Source: a virus
Lineage: Duplodnaviria; Heunggongvirae; Uroviricota; Caudoviricetes
Direction: 5' to 3' (one strand)
IMG/VR virus record: IMGVR_UViG_2687453563_000006
Span: 1-42,570 of that record
Length of the DNA: 42,570 nucleotides
Every line of letters begins with the position of its first letter. The first letter of the stretch is position 1. The notes below the pieces were generated by a model, which ran no database searches, was not told the DNA's origin, and saw nothing but the letters and a program-made list of their open reading frames with translations. Shown in pieces: positions 19,020 through 28,950 of this stretch. The position numbers and the translations under genes were made by a program.

Positions 19020-20202
19020 CGGAGGGTTTCGTGGTCATATTCATCGGTGTGAGATAGACATCCCCACCGGGACGCGGATTCATATCTTCCAGGTCGCGGC
19101 AGTCATTGGGAGAGTAAATTCCCCAGTTGATACCGGTGGCGTAGGCTTCAAAACGGGACTTCATATCCCCGCGCAGTAACGCCCCGGCGTTAAATTTGGC
19201 GTAATAAACGCCCTGCTTACTTTTTCGTACCAGTCCGGTGTTGATCCGCTGCTCAATGCGGGTCAGATACGGCACCAGTGAATAGTTGATAAATCCCAGC
19301 CCCAGCTCTTCGATATTGTTGAAGGTGGCGCGATCGGTGTTCTGCACCATGTGCAATGGCACCCGGAACAGACGACAGATTTCTTCAAGCTGAAACTTGC
19401 GGGTTTCCAGGAACTGGCTGTCCTCGGCGTTCAGCGCCATCGACTTCCAGTCCAGCCCCATCTCAAGGATCATCGGGCGGTGAGCATTGCCAAGCCCGGT
19501 GTGACGCTCCTCAAAATCTTTCTTCAGGCGCTCATAAGCCTGATCTGACAGCGTCTGCTCTGTACGCAACACACCCGACGTCACCGCGCCATTGCTGAAC
19601 AGTCTGGCCCCGTGCTCTTCGGTCGCTGCCGCCAGCGATATTGCCTCGCGGGCATAGGCGATGGGATTCAGCCCCACCAGTCCGTCCAGCGTCAGCGTGC
19701 GCACATGCCAGATATCCTCCTGGCTCAGTACATCCGTGGAGCCATCCGGGAATGTGACCTGATAGACCGGCTCCCAGCTACTGTTAAGCTTCGGTACCAC
19801 GCAGCCGGGATCGACGGGCAGCAGTTCAGCCACTTCGCCAAATGCTTTCACTTTGTAGGCGTAAAAGTTTCCCCGCAGGCACAGACAGGTGACCACCAGC
19901 TCCCAGAACTCCTGCGGCGTCATATAGCCATTGGGATGCGTGGAGATCAGCTTATGCAGACGTTCACCAGTGGCTCTCTGCTTCAGGCTGCCGTTCAGGT
20001 GATACAGGTTGCAGGGCAACATCCCGACCGACTCCGCCAGCACCCTGACACAGGAAAAAACCGCCGTCAGTCGCATGGCCCGCTGGCTGCTGATCTGCTT
20101 TCCGGTATAGGTGTCGTAGGACAACCCGATAGCATCCGCCAGCTCTGCTGGCGTGGTCACCGGTGCGTCACTTTTTCGTTGAAATAATCCCGAAAAGAAC
20201 AC
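18961..20202 (-). CDS. Portal protein, HK97 family
   Basis: 413 aa; GTG start in track. Confidence 0.8.
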   Translation of the reverse strand: MFFSGLFQRKSDAPVTTPAELADAIGLSYDTYTGKQISSQRAMRLTAVFSCVRVLAESVGMLPCNLYHLNGSLKQRATGERLHKLISTHPNGYMTPQEFWELVVTCLCLRGNFYAYKVKAFGEVAELLPVDPGCVVPKLNSSWEPVYQVTFPDGSTDVLSQEDIWHVRTLTLDGLVGLNPIAYAREAISLAAATEEHGARLFSNGAVTSGVLRTEQTLSDQAYERLKKDFEERHTGLGNAHRPMILEMGLDWKSMALNAEDSQFLETRKFQLEEICRLFRVPLHMVQNTDRATFNNIEELGLGFINYSLVPYLTRIEQRINTGLVRKSKQGVYYAKFNAGALLRGDMKSRFEAYATGINWGIYSPNDCRDLEDMNPRPGGDVYLTPMNMTTKPSDGSKAGKQKDNANADETTS

Positions 20203-20384
20203 TATTTACCTCCGCCGACAGACGACTGTGTACGGTCGAGATATCGCGCCACCAGCCACGACCAGAACAGGCACAACGCCCCGGCAACAACAAACCCCGC
20301 CGGGGGATAAATCAGCCAGGCACCATACGCCAGCAAAAGCGCCCCCAGCACGCCCACCAGAGGCGCGAGAATCAGCATGATCAT
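20202..20384 (-). CDS. Small two-helix membrane protein between terminase and portal
   Basis: 60 aa, two hydrophobic segments. Confidence 0.4.
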
Positions 20385-20395
20385 AATTACCTCAG

Positions 20396-22129
20396 TTAAA
20401 GCGAGCGGATCCCATAGGACTCAATGTGGTCAGACAGCGTGTCTTCTTTCTCGTACAGCATGGCTCTGCCAACCGCCATAATCAGCGCAACTGCACCATC
20501 GATTTTGTTTTCCGCCTGCTCTTTGACGGGCTTCACCACATCATCGTTACCCGGAATGGTTTTGCCGACCACGTTACCGATACACCAGGTCATGATGGGA
20601 TTGCCATCATGATGAAAGCGCCCCGATTCAATTGCCGCTTCCAGCTCTTTCATCGGGTCGGACATGTTGGTGTAGTTCTGAATGATAGTGATGGGGTTCA
20701 GGTCTTCATCAGCAAGGTCATGTGACAACCCGGTCGCCCCGAAGGGGTCGATGGGTGACTCACTGACCGGGCTGATTTTGTTCGCCGCTTTGGCCTCCTC
20801 GAGGATGTAGCGATAATCCACCTCCGCACCATCGGTAACGGTCAGGACGCCCATTTCCACCCATTTCTGAAAGCGTTCGGCTGTCCGGCGATCTTCATTT
20901 TTCTCGACGCTGTACACCGTGTCATACGGTACCCAGAAACGCGGGGCCACACTGTAGTAATGCGTTTTACCGTCAATCTCGCGGGTATAAAGTCGCGCCA
21001 TGCTGTTCATATCCAGCTTACGCGCCAGGTCAAAGGCCAGAATGCACGGCTGCCCCTCGAACTGCTCAAGGGTCAGTGATTTATCCTCGCAGCTCTGCCA
21101 GCTCACCAGGTTGAAATAAGCCGAACGCGCCGACACCCAGATATTGAGGTGTTTTGTTTTAAAGACGTTTGCCAGACGGGCGTTATTTTTCGCACGCTGC
21201 TGCTGACTTAACAAAAATTCGCGATAAACCGACACGCCAATATTCGGGTTAGCTTTTTCCAGCACCTGCGGGTCGGTCCAGTCATCGCCTTCGTCAACGG
21301 TATAGATGATCCCGAACAGTTCATCGTTGGGTACCGACCCGTTGAGCATCTCGATAACTTCCCTTCGCTTGTCGTAGCACGGCCCCTCAATGTTGTACCC
21401 GGCAGTAGTAATGGCCCACATCAGTGGCTGACGTCGCGCCCCCATCCCGGTAAGCATCGTGGTGTAAAGCGCATCGGTGGCGTGCTCGTGATATTCATCC
21501 ACCACCGCACAGTGGGGTGATGAACCATCACCGGGGTTACCGATCAGCGGTTCAAACCGCGCGCCATCCTCCGGACGATTCATGTTTGAGGCGTTAACCT
21601 CAATCCCGAACGCTTCCGTCAGCATGGGTGTGCGTTTACACATCAGTCGCGCCGGGCGAAAGACTTCCCACGCCTGTTTCTCTGTCGTGGCACCGGAATA
21701 CACTTCCGCGCCAAACTCGTTATCACAGGCAAAACAATACAGGGCAACACCGGCAGAGATTGCAGATTTGCCGTTCTTACGGGGGATTTCGGTATACACC
21801 TCCCGGAAGCGGCGCAGCCGGGACCCTTTATTGACCCAGCCAAACGCACAGCAGACCACAAATAGCTGCCACGGCTCCAGCGTGATGGGCATCCTCTTGA
21901 ATGCCCACTCACCCTTGGTGTGCGGCAACAGCTGAATAAATTTGGCGGCCCGTTCAGCCAGGTCCTTGTCGAAGCGGTAACGAAACGACTTACTTTTTTC
22001 CGCCATCAGGTCATCAAGATGGCGCTGGCAGGCCTGAATCACAAACTGGCAGGCCACAATCTTTCCGCGCACAACATCACGGGCATACTGATTGGCAGCA
22101 TTTACGTTGGGGTAAGATTTCCGGCTCAT
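20396..22129 (-). CDS. Terminase large subunit
   Basis: 577 aa; Walker A-like PRKNGKS; C-terminal nuclease-like region. Confidence 0.9.
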
Positions 22130-22629
22130 GACTCGATGATTTTCAGAAACGGGTTAGTGGCTTTCTTCTGCCCCGCCAGGCCAATCAGACGCTGGCGGCT
22201 GCTGGGGTCGAGTCCGAGCATTGCCCCCGTGCTGCTCATCTCGGACTCCTGTTCTTTTTTGGCGGTCAGCTCCGGATTTTTGACCCTGCCGCCCATTGCA
22301 CCGGTGATGGTGTTGCCCTGTATGGCAATATTTTTCACGGCACGTCGCCAGAACTCATAGGCCACGCACCACCGCTCAAGCACCGCGAGGTCAGTCACGC
22401 ACAACAGGCCCTGACCGCAGAGTTCTTTGGTTGTCAGTTGCCACATGATCGTGGCGAGAGGGAGATCTTCTTCAGCGAACCACTCTGGTGGCTCAACACC
22501 TTTGATGGGCGTAAAAACAGGTTCATCTTTGTTCAGGGCTCGCTTGCCGGGGTTTCCGGCCAGCGCCTTGCGCGCCGTTGGCTTGGGGCGACGCCCGGAA
22601 CGCCCCGCCGTTCCAGCCATATGCGGCAC
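22126..22629 (-). CDS. Terminase small subunit (P27-like)
   Basis: 167 aa; overlaps large subunit start. Confidence 0.75.
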   Translation of the reverse strand: MPHMAGTAGRSGRRPKPTARKALAGNPGKRALNKDEPVFTPIKGVEPPEWFAEEDLPLATIMWQLTTKELCGQGLLCVTDLAVLERWCVAYEFWRRAVKNIAIQGNTITGAMGGRVKNPELTAKKEQESEMSSTGAMLGLDPSSRQRLIGLAGQKKATNPFLKIIES

Positions 22630-22664
22630 TCCTGGTTAAATTTCATTTTTCGCGGGTATAAAAA

Positions 22665-22725
22665 AACGATGGGGCGGGCAGTCCGGAAGACGTCAGGTCA
22701 CAGGGATTTGACCCGCCCCTCCCCT
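22665..22725. other. Candidate cos region (GC-rich inverted repeat GGGGCGGG / CCCGCCCC)
   Basis: Located between HNH and terS where HK97-type cos sites lie; GGGCGGGCAG resembles lambda cohesive-end sequence. Confidence 0.35.
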
Positions 22726-22745
22726 CAGACAGTTGAGAATTATTA

Positions 22746-23096
22746 TCACTTTAACCGTTCACGGGCCGTCTTCGCCTTATGGCAGGGCCAGCACAGACTC
22801 TGCAGATTACTGTCGGCATCAGTGCCGCCATGCGCTTTAGGAATGATGTGGTCAACGGTTTTCGCCTCACGCACCACACCAGCACGCAGACATAACTGAC
22901 ACAGGCCTTTGTCACGCTTCAATATGCGCACGCGGATACTGTCCCACTTCGAACCGTAGCCGCGCTGATGACGGGATTGTCCAGGTTTGTATTGCTTCCA
23001 GCCTTCGCTTTTGTGGCTTTCACAATAGCCTGACGGATCTGTGGTGGTATGGCGGCAACCGCGAACACGGCAGGCTTTTGGGATTCGTGGCGGCAT
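22746..23096 (-). CDS. HNH endonuclease (packaging-associated)
   Basis: Cys-rich zinc motifs and HNH-like CQLCLRAG...VDHIIPKAHGG...N. Confidence 0.85.
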   Translation of the reverse strand: MPPRIPKACRVRGCRHTTTDPSGYCESHKSEGWKQYKPGQSRHQRGYGSKWDSIRVRILKRDKGLCQLCLRAGVVREAKTVDHIIPKAHGGTDADSNLQSLCWPCHKAKTARERLK

Positions 23097-23411
23097 ATGT
23101 ACTAATCTCCGATTTATCCAAATTTCACTGCCATAATGCCGACATTCTCTGCCATTATTGGCTCCGTTTATCCGTTAAAAGGGATATCAGTTAAGTTATC
23201 CCGTGCAGGGTATAAGCCATTGTCGAGACCACTCATTGAATGGCCTCTGCAATAACCGATGTCTTTCCATCAGTCCGCCACCACAAAGAATCTTTTTTGC
23301 CATAAGGCTGGAGGTTCATCTTTCAGTGGCTGCCAGTGTTATTTCCCCACTTACTGGCTTGGGTTGTTTCGCTGTACTGCCGTAATGCAAAAACTGGATT
23401 AACCTGCGAAA

Positions 23412-23942
23412 TCACACCATTCCGGGCAAATACATTTGCACTTCATTTGCCGCTCTCTCACGTGCAACATGAAGCAATCTTTTTCGCCCACCAACGCCCC
23501 ACTTAGCCATTTGGCTTGCGCACTGGCTTATCGCTTTGGTTTCAGTATTGATGATGTGATCGATTCTATTCAGACGGGACATTGCGCCAACGCCGAGACG
23601 GACAACCGTTTTGAAAACTTCATAAACTTCGATTTCAAATTCCGGCTTAATCCATGCTGCATATCTGATTGCCAGAAGTTCAACACCCCACACACCTGGT
23701 TCTGCACCACCTTTGATTATTTTAAGTGGCTGAATTTGTTCCAAAGTGCTTTTTTGCACTTTGGCCTCCAGTGCTTTTATGAAGCGTTTTATCTGCGCGC
23801 TACGCAAAAACTGGCTTGGGCGCTGTTGCTCTGTAGCCTCTCCATTTGCAACTGCTGCTGCATGGAGATCGTTTAAGTTGTAGCGTCCATCCTCATCAAC
23901 ACGAACGGACACACCATTGACAATAACTGTTGGGTACTTCAT
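23412..23942 (-). CDS. KilA-N domain protein (moron between lysis and packaging)
   Basis: N-terminal NGVSVRVDEDGRYNLNDLH motif; flanked by non-coding DNA on both sides. Confidence 0.6.
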   Translation of the reverse strand: MKYPTVIVNGVSVRVDEDGRYNLNDLHAAAVANGEATEQQRPSQFLRSAQIKRFIKALEAKVQKSTLEQIQPLKIIKGGAEPGVWGVELLAIRYAAWIKPEFEIEVYEVFKTVVRLGVGAMSRLNRIDHIINTETKAISQCASQMAKWGVGGRKRLLHVARERAANEVQMYLPGMV

Positions 23943-24087
23943 CAGTAATTACCTTTTAGTGATGAACCTTGTCACACAGGATTCCGGCCCACAGAAAGGT
24001 ACCGATCACCAAACCGGCATCCTCAAGGGTCATCCTGAAAGGTTCTGTGTTCATAAGTCGCGCGTGTGAAGCGCGTTTACTGCGGAC

Positions 24088-24112
24088 ATAAAAAAGCCCC
24101 GCATCGCGAGGC
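24088..24112 (-). terminator. Intrinsic terminator after lysis cassette
   Basis: GCCUCGC-GAU-GCGGGGC hairpin followed by U6. Confidence 0.6.
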
Positions 24113-24144
24113 TCATTAAATGGACTTTGTGATTTGCAAAAAAA

Positions 24145-24606
24145 TTATTTCAGGCACTGAGCCCTGATGTACTCCTGCAGGTAGTTAACCTGCGCGGTTA
24201 TCCTGTCTATTCCACTTCGGAGACGGTAATAATTGAGTTCAGCATCTGCTGTAAGTCTTGGGCTTTCTCCATCGCCCATGCTGCTGGCTCCGGTCGTTGA
24301 CTTTGCACAGGTGGCGGAGACTTGCAGGCGCTTACGACCAGCAGAAACATCAGCACGGAGACTTTCGATAGTGGCGTTAGCATCAGCAAGCTCCTTTGTA
24401 TATCTGGCATCGAGTTCTGCTACGTCACGTTGACGCTTCTGCATATCAGAGATCGTCGCCATAGCCGAATCTAATGCCATAGCGTTTTCATCGCGCTGTT
24501 TTTTGTATTCAATGGCTTTATTGTGGTAATGATTAGCTGACCAGACAAGACCACCAGCAATACAAGCAATAAACGTTAAAATGAGCGCCCAATAACTCGT
24601 CTTCAT
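24145..24606 (-). CDS. Rz-like i-spanin
   Basis: 153 aa with N-terminal TM and coiled coil; follows endolysin. Confidence 0.75.
   Translation of the reverse strand: MKTSYWALILTFIACIAGGLVWSANHYHNKAIEYKKQRDENAMALDSAMATISDMQKRQRDVAELDARYTKELADANATIESLRADVSAGRKRLQVSATCAKSTTGASSMGDGESPRLTADAELNYYRLRSGIDRITAQVNYLQEYIRAQCLK
24207..24410 (-). CDS. Rz1-like o-spanin lipoprotein embedded in Rz (+1 frame)
   Basis: Signal peptide with lipobox VVSAC then Pro-rich KSPPPVQSQRPEP; true start probably internal (MLTPL...). Confidence 0.65.
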   Translation of the reverse strand: MPDIQRSLLMLTPLSKVSVLMFLLVVSACKSPPPVQSQRPEPAAWAMEKAQDLQQMLNSIITVSEVE

Positions 24607-25217
24607 ACCAGCAGCGCCGCCCGCGCCTTGTTGTATCGAATCTTACGATCCTCAATACCGTTCAGACCGCCGTTAATGATGCGCGTAACACGATTAATAT
24701 CGGCACCGTAGACCATGCAGCCTTTAGATGTGTAGAACCATGCAGCTGAGCGCGCGGCCTGTAGATCCTGCTCCAGTTGTTCAGGTGAAGTCACCAGATC
24801 TAACTTCAGCGCCGCGCCACAGATGCGATAATTATGGAGGCCAGTGATTTGAATTAATCCTCTACCGCGATATTTCCAGCCATCACCGGGTGCTTTGTTA
24901 CCCAGCCGGTTGCTATACACAAGATTGGCAATAGCATCCTGACGAGCTGCATGTCCGGATGTTCTGCCAAGGGCATCAGCCTGCTGCTGTGTGATCCTCT
25001 TTCCGAACGTCGCCACAAGCGCAGATGGTGTGTAGTTAAAATTTTCAACTACGGCGCTAAACCCCATCGACTCATGGCCTACCTGAGCAATAAACATTGC
25101 CTGATCCGCTGGTGCTGTAATGCCGAATTCCTTCATCGCCGCATCAATGTGCGGAAACCAGCGCGCAGCCAGCCCGGCGCTAATACCAGCCGCCTTTTGA
25201 AATAATTGTTGGTTCAT
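24603..25217 (-). CDS. Endolysin (GH19 chitinase-like lysozyme)
   Basis: 204 aa; position after holin-like genes. Confidence 0.75.
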   Translation of the reverse strand: MNQQLFQKAAGISAGLAARWFPHIDAAMKEFGITAPADQAMFIAQVGHESMGFSAVVENFNYTPSALVATFGKRITQQQADALGRTSGHAARQDAIANLVYSNRLGNKAPGDGWKYRGRGLIQITGLHNYRICGAALKLDLVTSPEQLEQDLQAARSAAWFYTSKGCMVYGADINRVTRIINGGLNGIEDRKIRYNKARAALLV

Positions 25218-25498
25218 TAGTGCCTCAGATGATCAACCAGACGTGCAACGTTGCCTCTTACGGCCACCAGCACGGAAAGAAAAATAGTGTTCGCCACGAT
25301 AATGGGCCATGAGGAATGGGGATAAATCCCACAGAGATAGGCCAACGGAACAGCACTGTATGTAACAGTAATCAGCCAGGCTAAACGTGAAACCCAAGGA
25401 CGATGCCGCGAATCACCACGACGATAAAACATCAGAGTAATAACAACACAAGCACATAACAGCGCATTTATAGTTGCTGTCGGGTCATTTAGCTCCAC
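25217..25498 (-). CDS. Membrane protein (holin/antiholin-like)
   Basis: 93 aa, hydrophobic helices. Confidence 0.5.
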   Translation of the reverse strand: MELNDPTATINALLCACVVITLMFYRRGDSRHRPWVSRLAWLITVTYSAVPLAYLCGIYPHSSWPIIVANTIFLSVLVAVRGNVARLVDHLRH

Positions 25499-25871
25499 CT
25501 GAACCTCCCCGGCGCGTTATGAGCGCCACCAGCGAGCCGATATCCTGATTATTCAGGAACGTCAGGATTTTAACGGCTAAAGCAGAGACGATTACGGCAC
25601 CAATAGCATCCAGAGGTTTATCACTGTATCCGGTCAAGTTCGCCAGCTTGGAGCCAACCAACCCAGAGCAAAGAATCCCGGCAATATATGACACGATAAA
25701 ATATGCCAGTCGGCGCGATGCACTCAGATCTGCTGCTGTTGCTATGTAGAATACAGCCCCTGCAAATGCGCCAAATACAACGCCGTAATCAGTTCCGGTC
25801 AGCAGTCCATAAACACTGGCCCCCGTCAGGGCACCACCAGCCAGCCCAGTACCGGAAATCGGATCGGACAT
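25485..25871 (-). CDS. Putative holin
   Basis: 128 aa Gly/Ala-rich multi-TM protein at start of lysis cassette. Confidence 0.55.
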   Translation of the reverse strand: MSDPISGTGLAGGALTGASVYGLLTGTDYGVVFGAFAGAVFYIATAADLSASRRLAYFIVSYIAGILCSGLVGSKLANLTGYSDKPLDAIGAVIVSALAVKILTFLNNQDIGSLVALITRRGGSGGAK

Positions 25872-25950
25872 TTAGCCCCCTCTTAATTGCTGTTGGTCCT
25901 CTCAGATATGAGGGGAAGGGATCTTAATGACATTCTGTTTATTATTTCAG

Positions 25951-26208
25951 TCAAACACTACCCTGTTGATGATTTCTCAGAAGCGAACTTGACTCCCAAG
26001 GGAAACTCAACTTTCCGTTAAAACCACCAGCAGACATTCGTTCAATTTCCACAGAAATATCACTGAGCCGTTCTTCAAGCTCTGCTTTTTCTTTTACCAG
26101 ACGGTTATAGCGGCTTAGATGAAGCTTTTGCTGCTCCAGCCAGTCTTCAAGCTGTTCAACAGTCATACCAGGGTTAAAAAAATATGGCTGCTGCTTTTCG
26201 CCCTGCAT
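25951..26208 (-). CDS. Hypothetical protein, first gene of late operon (86 aa)
   Basis: ATG with ggagg SD just downstream of tR'; track ORF extends upstream through the terminator. Confidence 0.5.
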   Translation of the reverse strand: MQGEKQQPYFFNPGMTVEQLEDWLEQQKLHLSRYNRLVKEKAELEERLSDISVEIERMSAGGFNGKLSFPWESSSLLRNHQQGSV

Positions 26209-26221
26209 TATTGACCTCCAG

Positions 26222-26248
26222 AAAAGCAAAAACCCCGCCGAAGCGAGG
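26222..26248 (-). terminator. tR'-like intrinsic terminator of the late leader RNA
   Basis: CCUCGC-UUCG-GCGGGG hairpin plus UUUUUGCUUUU, about 110 nt downstream of Q. Confidence 0.7.
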
Positions 26249-26277
26249 TTTGTTATGATTTCGTTAACGGCAGACAT

Positions 26278-26358
26278 ACAAAGCCCATCGTTAGGAAAAT
26301 CCTAACCAGATTTTTTGAAAAATGCAAGAATCATGTCGCCATCTTCGGCGAAAATCAT
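26278..26358 (-). promoter_or_regulatory. pR'-like late promoter / qut region
   Basis: TTGCAT-17-TAGGAT candidate between Q stop and terminator. Confidence 0.4.
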
Positions 26359-27111
26359 TTATCTCGTCACTTTTCTTAATTGCGCCTCAGCATATGCTTC
26401 TTCCTGCCAGCACTTTGTCACCAGTTTATCAATGACATCTGCATATCCTTTGTACCACTGATAATCCGTCAGATCCGGTACCAGCTTCTGGACATGATGC
26501 CGCGCCAGTGTGGTTGGTAAACGGCTAAACCGGTTGCCATTGCAACGCCCACAAATCTTATAAACAGGCACACCATGAAGCCGGGTTCTTTTTTCATCCA
26601 GGACAATACCTTTACCCTTACACCCTCTGCACGCTGTGCTGACTTCTCCCTTACCATGGCAATGCTGACATAGTTCCTTCACCCACTCTTCCTTGATAAC
26701 AGATTCCCCGCTTCTGGAGTGTTTCACCACTTCGCGCAATACATTATGAAATCCAGTACCAGCACAATGCTCACAGCGAGCCTTACTTGCCGCAGACCTG
26801 GAATAATCAGCAAAGGCAAAATTCACAAGGTAATGGATGATCTGTAACCGGGTTTCTTCACTCAATTTGTTCAATGTCGGGTTATCCAGTGCCATCGCGT
26901 AATTGAGCAGACCTTCAATCGCAAACTGAGGATCCTGAACACCAACTTTTGCCAGAAATAAGGCAAACCCAAGCGGTGCTTTCGACTGCACCATCCCCTG
27001 CGCAGCCATCACATCCGTAATCGTTAAACCACTCGAGCCTGTCGCCGGTGCCTCATCGCTCAATTTGGGAGATTTTGGGGAGTAATATTTTGGTAAGGCT
27101 TCAAGGTTCAT
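26359..27111 (-). CDS. Late antiterminator Q-like protein
   Basis: 250 aa with four CxxC zinc-finger pairs; position before pR'/tR' and lysis. Confidence 0.65.
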   Translation of the reverse strand: MNLEALPKYYSPKSPKLSDEAPATGSSGLTITDVMAAQGMVQSKAPLGFALFLAKVGVQDPQFAIEGLLNYAMALDNPTLNKLSEETRLQIIHYLVNFAFADYSRSAASKARCEHCAGTGFHNVLREVVKHSRSGESVIKEEWVKELCQHCHGKGEVSTACRGCKGKGIVLDEKRTRLHGVPVYKICGRCNGNRFSRLPTTLARHHVQKLVPDLTDYQWYKGYADVIDKLVTKCWQEEAYAEAQLRKVTR

Positions 27112-27124
27112 GCTCGTTCTCCAC

Positions 27125-28120
27125 TTACGCCAGTACGCCTATTGCCAGCGCACGATCGATAAAACGAAATATCAGCTCCAACTGGGAGCCATACTTCTCT
27201 TCAAATGCCACGGTATCCGCATGCAGCTCGTCGTGATGCTTTCTGCACAAAGGCAACACAAAGAGGTCATGCGCTTTTGTACCCATTCCCCCCTGACCGT
27301 GGCCTATCAGGTGGTGGGGATCATCAGCGGGCTTTCCACAACATGCACACGGCTGTGTCTTAACCCAGCGCGTGTACTTTTCATTAACCCAGCGGCGACG
27401 TTTTGGGCGTAACATAAAAGACTCTGGCGACTCCGGATCCACTTTCAGCGCCAGCACCTTTTTCGCCTTATCCTGGATGATGCTGGTGGCAGGAACCGAA
27501 GGCACAAGGTCACTTTCCCGGGTGGCAGACGGCACAACAGGCTTCGGTAATCTCAGTGCCTTACGGGCTGCACTTTCCGGTAAGGCATCCGCCAGGTCAT
27601 TACGAACCAGCCACCAGCACAGTTCCGGCATTGTCACAACGTGACTATCATCAAAACCGAGATCCCGACGCACAACAGACAATACCCAGCGGGCACAGTT
27701 ATCCGTTGCCATTGATTCCAGCCGTTCCGTGAACTGATCGCGCAACTGGTTATCGCAGTGCCAGCACAGACGGATTGCGCCCGGCGCGTGCCGCATTGTG
27801 GTCATGTTCTCGCTGTGCCAGTCGGAATGAGGCCACTGACAGCCCTTTTCACGAAGTAACCAGCTTTCAAGACATTCCACGCCACCAGCACGACGGATCA
27901 CTGCCTCATTGCGGAACACGCCCCGAACGGCAGGATCATCCGCCAGCGGTTGTGATACCGCCGGAACGGCACCACTGGCAAAAGATGAATAACGTTCCGG
28001 CTCAGGCTCCAACAGGACACGCCCCTGCATAAACAGGGGCATCAGCTCTGAACCTGGCCTGAACAATACGATCCCCATACGCGGGGCAATTTCAGGAGTC
28101 AGTAGTGCTCTCACGGTCAC
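27125..28120 (-). CDS. DUF968-like protein
   Basis: C-terminal CACCGKPADDPHHL...PLCRKHHDELH motif. Confidence 0.6.
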   Translation of the reverse strand: MTVRALLTPEIAPRMGIVLFRPGSELMPLFMQGRVLLEPEPERYSSFASGAVPAVSQPLADDPAVRGVFRNEAVIRRAGGVECLESWLLREKGCQWPHSDWHSENMTTMRHAPGAIRLCWHCDNQLRDQFTERLESMATDNCARWVLSVVRRDLGFDDSHVVTMPELCWWLVRNDLADALPESAARKALRLPKPVVPSATRESDLVPSVPATSIIQDKAKKVLALKVDPESPESFMLRPKRRRWVNEKYTRWVKTQPCACCGKPADDPHHLIGHGQGGMGTKAHDLFVLPLCRKHHDELHADTVAFEEKYGSQLELIFRFIDRALAIGVLA

Positions 28121-28121
28121 C

Positions 28122-28931
28122 TCAATGAACGGTATCGAGCAGCTTTAACAGCTCAGGGAATCGGGATTCGAAGAAATGCGGCTGCGTCTCGCGCGGATTT
28201 GCGGGACTGGTGATGTTCTTGCCGAACATGCAGCCTTTCGCTGTCAGCGACCAGAATTTTTTGATGTTGTTAATCGCAGTGCGGCTGTATCGTTCACGTT
28301 GTTCAACGATCCCCAGCTTCGCCATCTGGTGATATGCCTGATTAGCTGTCAGGCGGATACCATACTGCTTCAGCAGTGCACTCAATGATAGCGTGGGGCG
28401 GCTTGAGCCATCAGGCGCGTCAGCAGGAGCATCAATGGCATAGCGCGGTGCCAGATTCGGTAAGCCAACAGCCTCCTGGAGTTTCTGACAGGCACCAAGC
28501 ACTGAAGAGTTAGACAGGTTTAACTCCCGGCGCATAAAGTCCAGCAGAATCACTCCAGCCTGCATCTTGTCAGCAGCCTGTCCGGATAATTTTTCCGGTG
28601 CGCTGGTTACCATGTCGAAAGTACGGATCACCTTCAGATGGAATGACGGGCTGATCCACATTGCATAGGCATACACCAGTTCTTTGCAGACATACGTCCC
28701 CTGGTTATTTCCGCCATTAATGACGCTAACTGGTTGATTTTGTTCCAGAGGCGGAATTCCACCCTCGGTGAAAAGTTGTTCAATCAATTCACAGGTTTGC
28801 TTATTGGAGAGCCAGTATTTCGGGCGGTTTTTTTGTTCTCCCCCGGCTGCCCTATGCAGATCGTTCAGGCTGTAACGACCATAAGCATCACGACGAACTT
28901 CAATACCATCAATGACCATCAGATTATTCAT
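28122..28931 (-). CDS. KilA-N domain protein (antirepressor-like)
   Basis: N-terminal IDGIEVRRDAYGRYSLNDLH. Confidence 0.6.
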   Translation of the reverse strand: MNNLMVIDGIEVRRDAYGRYSLNDLHRAAGGEQKNRPKYWLSNKQTCELIEQLFTEGGIPPLEQNQPVSVINGGNNQGTYVCKELVYAYAMWISPSFHLKVIRTFDMVTSAPEKLSGQAADKMQAGVILLDFMRRELNLSNSSVLGACQKLQEAVGLPNLAPRYAIDAPADAPDGSSRPTLSLSALLKQYGIRLTANQAYHQMAKLGIVEQRERYSRTAINNIKKFWSLTAKGCMFGKNITSPANPRETQPHFFESRFPELLKLLDTVH

Positions 28932-28950
28932 ACTTCGTTTCTCCTCTTAA

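Noticed and set aside
5079-20187. Numerous 60-190 aa ORFs antisense to or nested in tail, head and terminase genes (for example 13706..14122, 15116..15706, 17987..18421, 19612..20187)
   Set aside because: They lie inside long, well-supported structural genes on the other strand or in another frame and have biased Arg/Pro/Ser-rich composition typical of spurious frames in GC-rich DNA.
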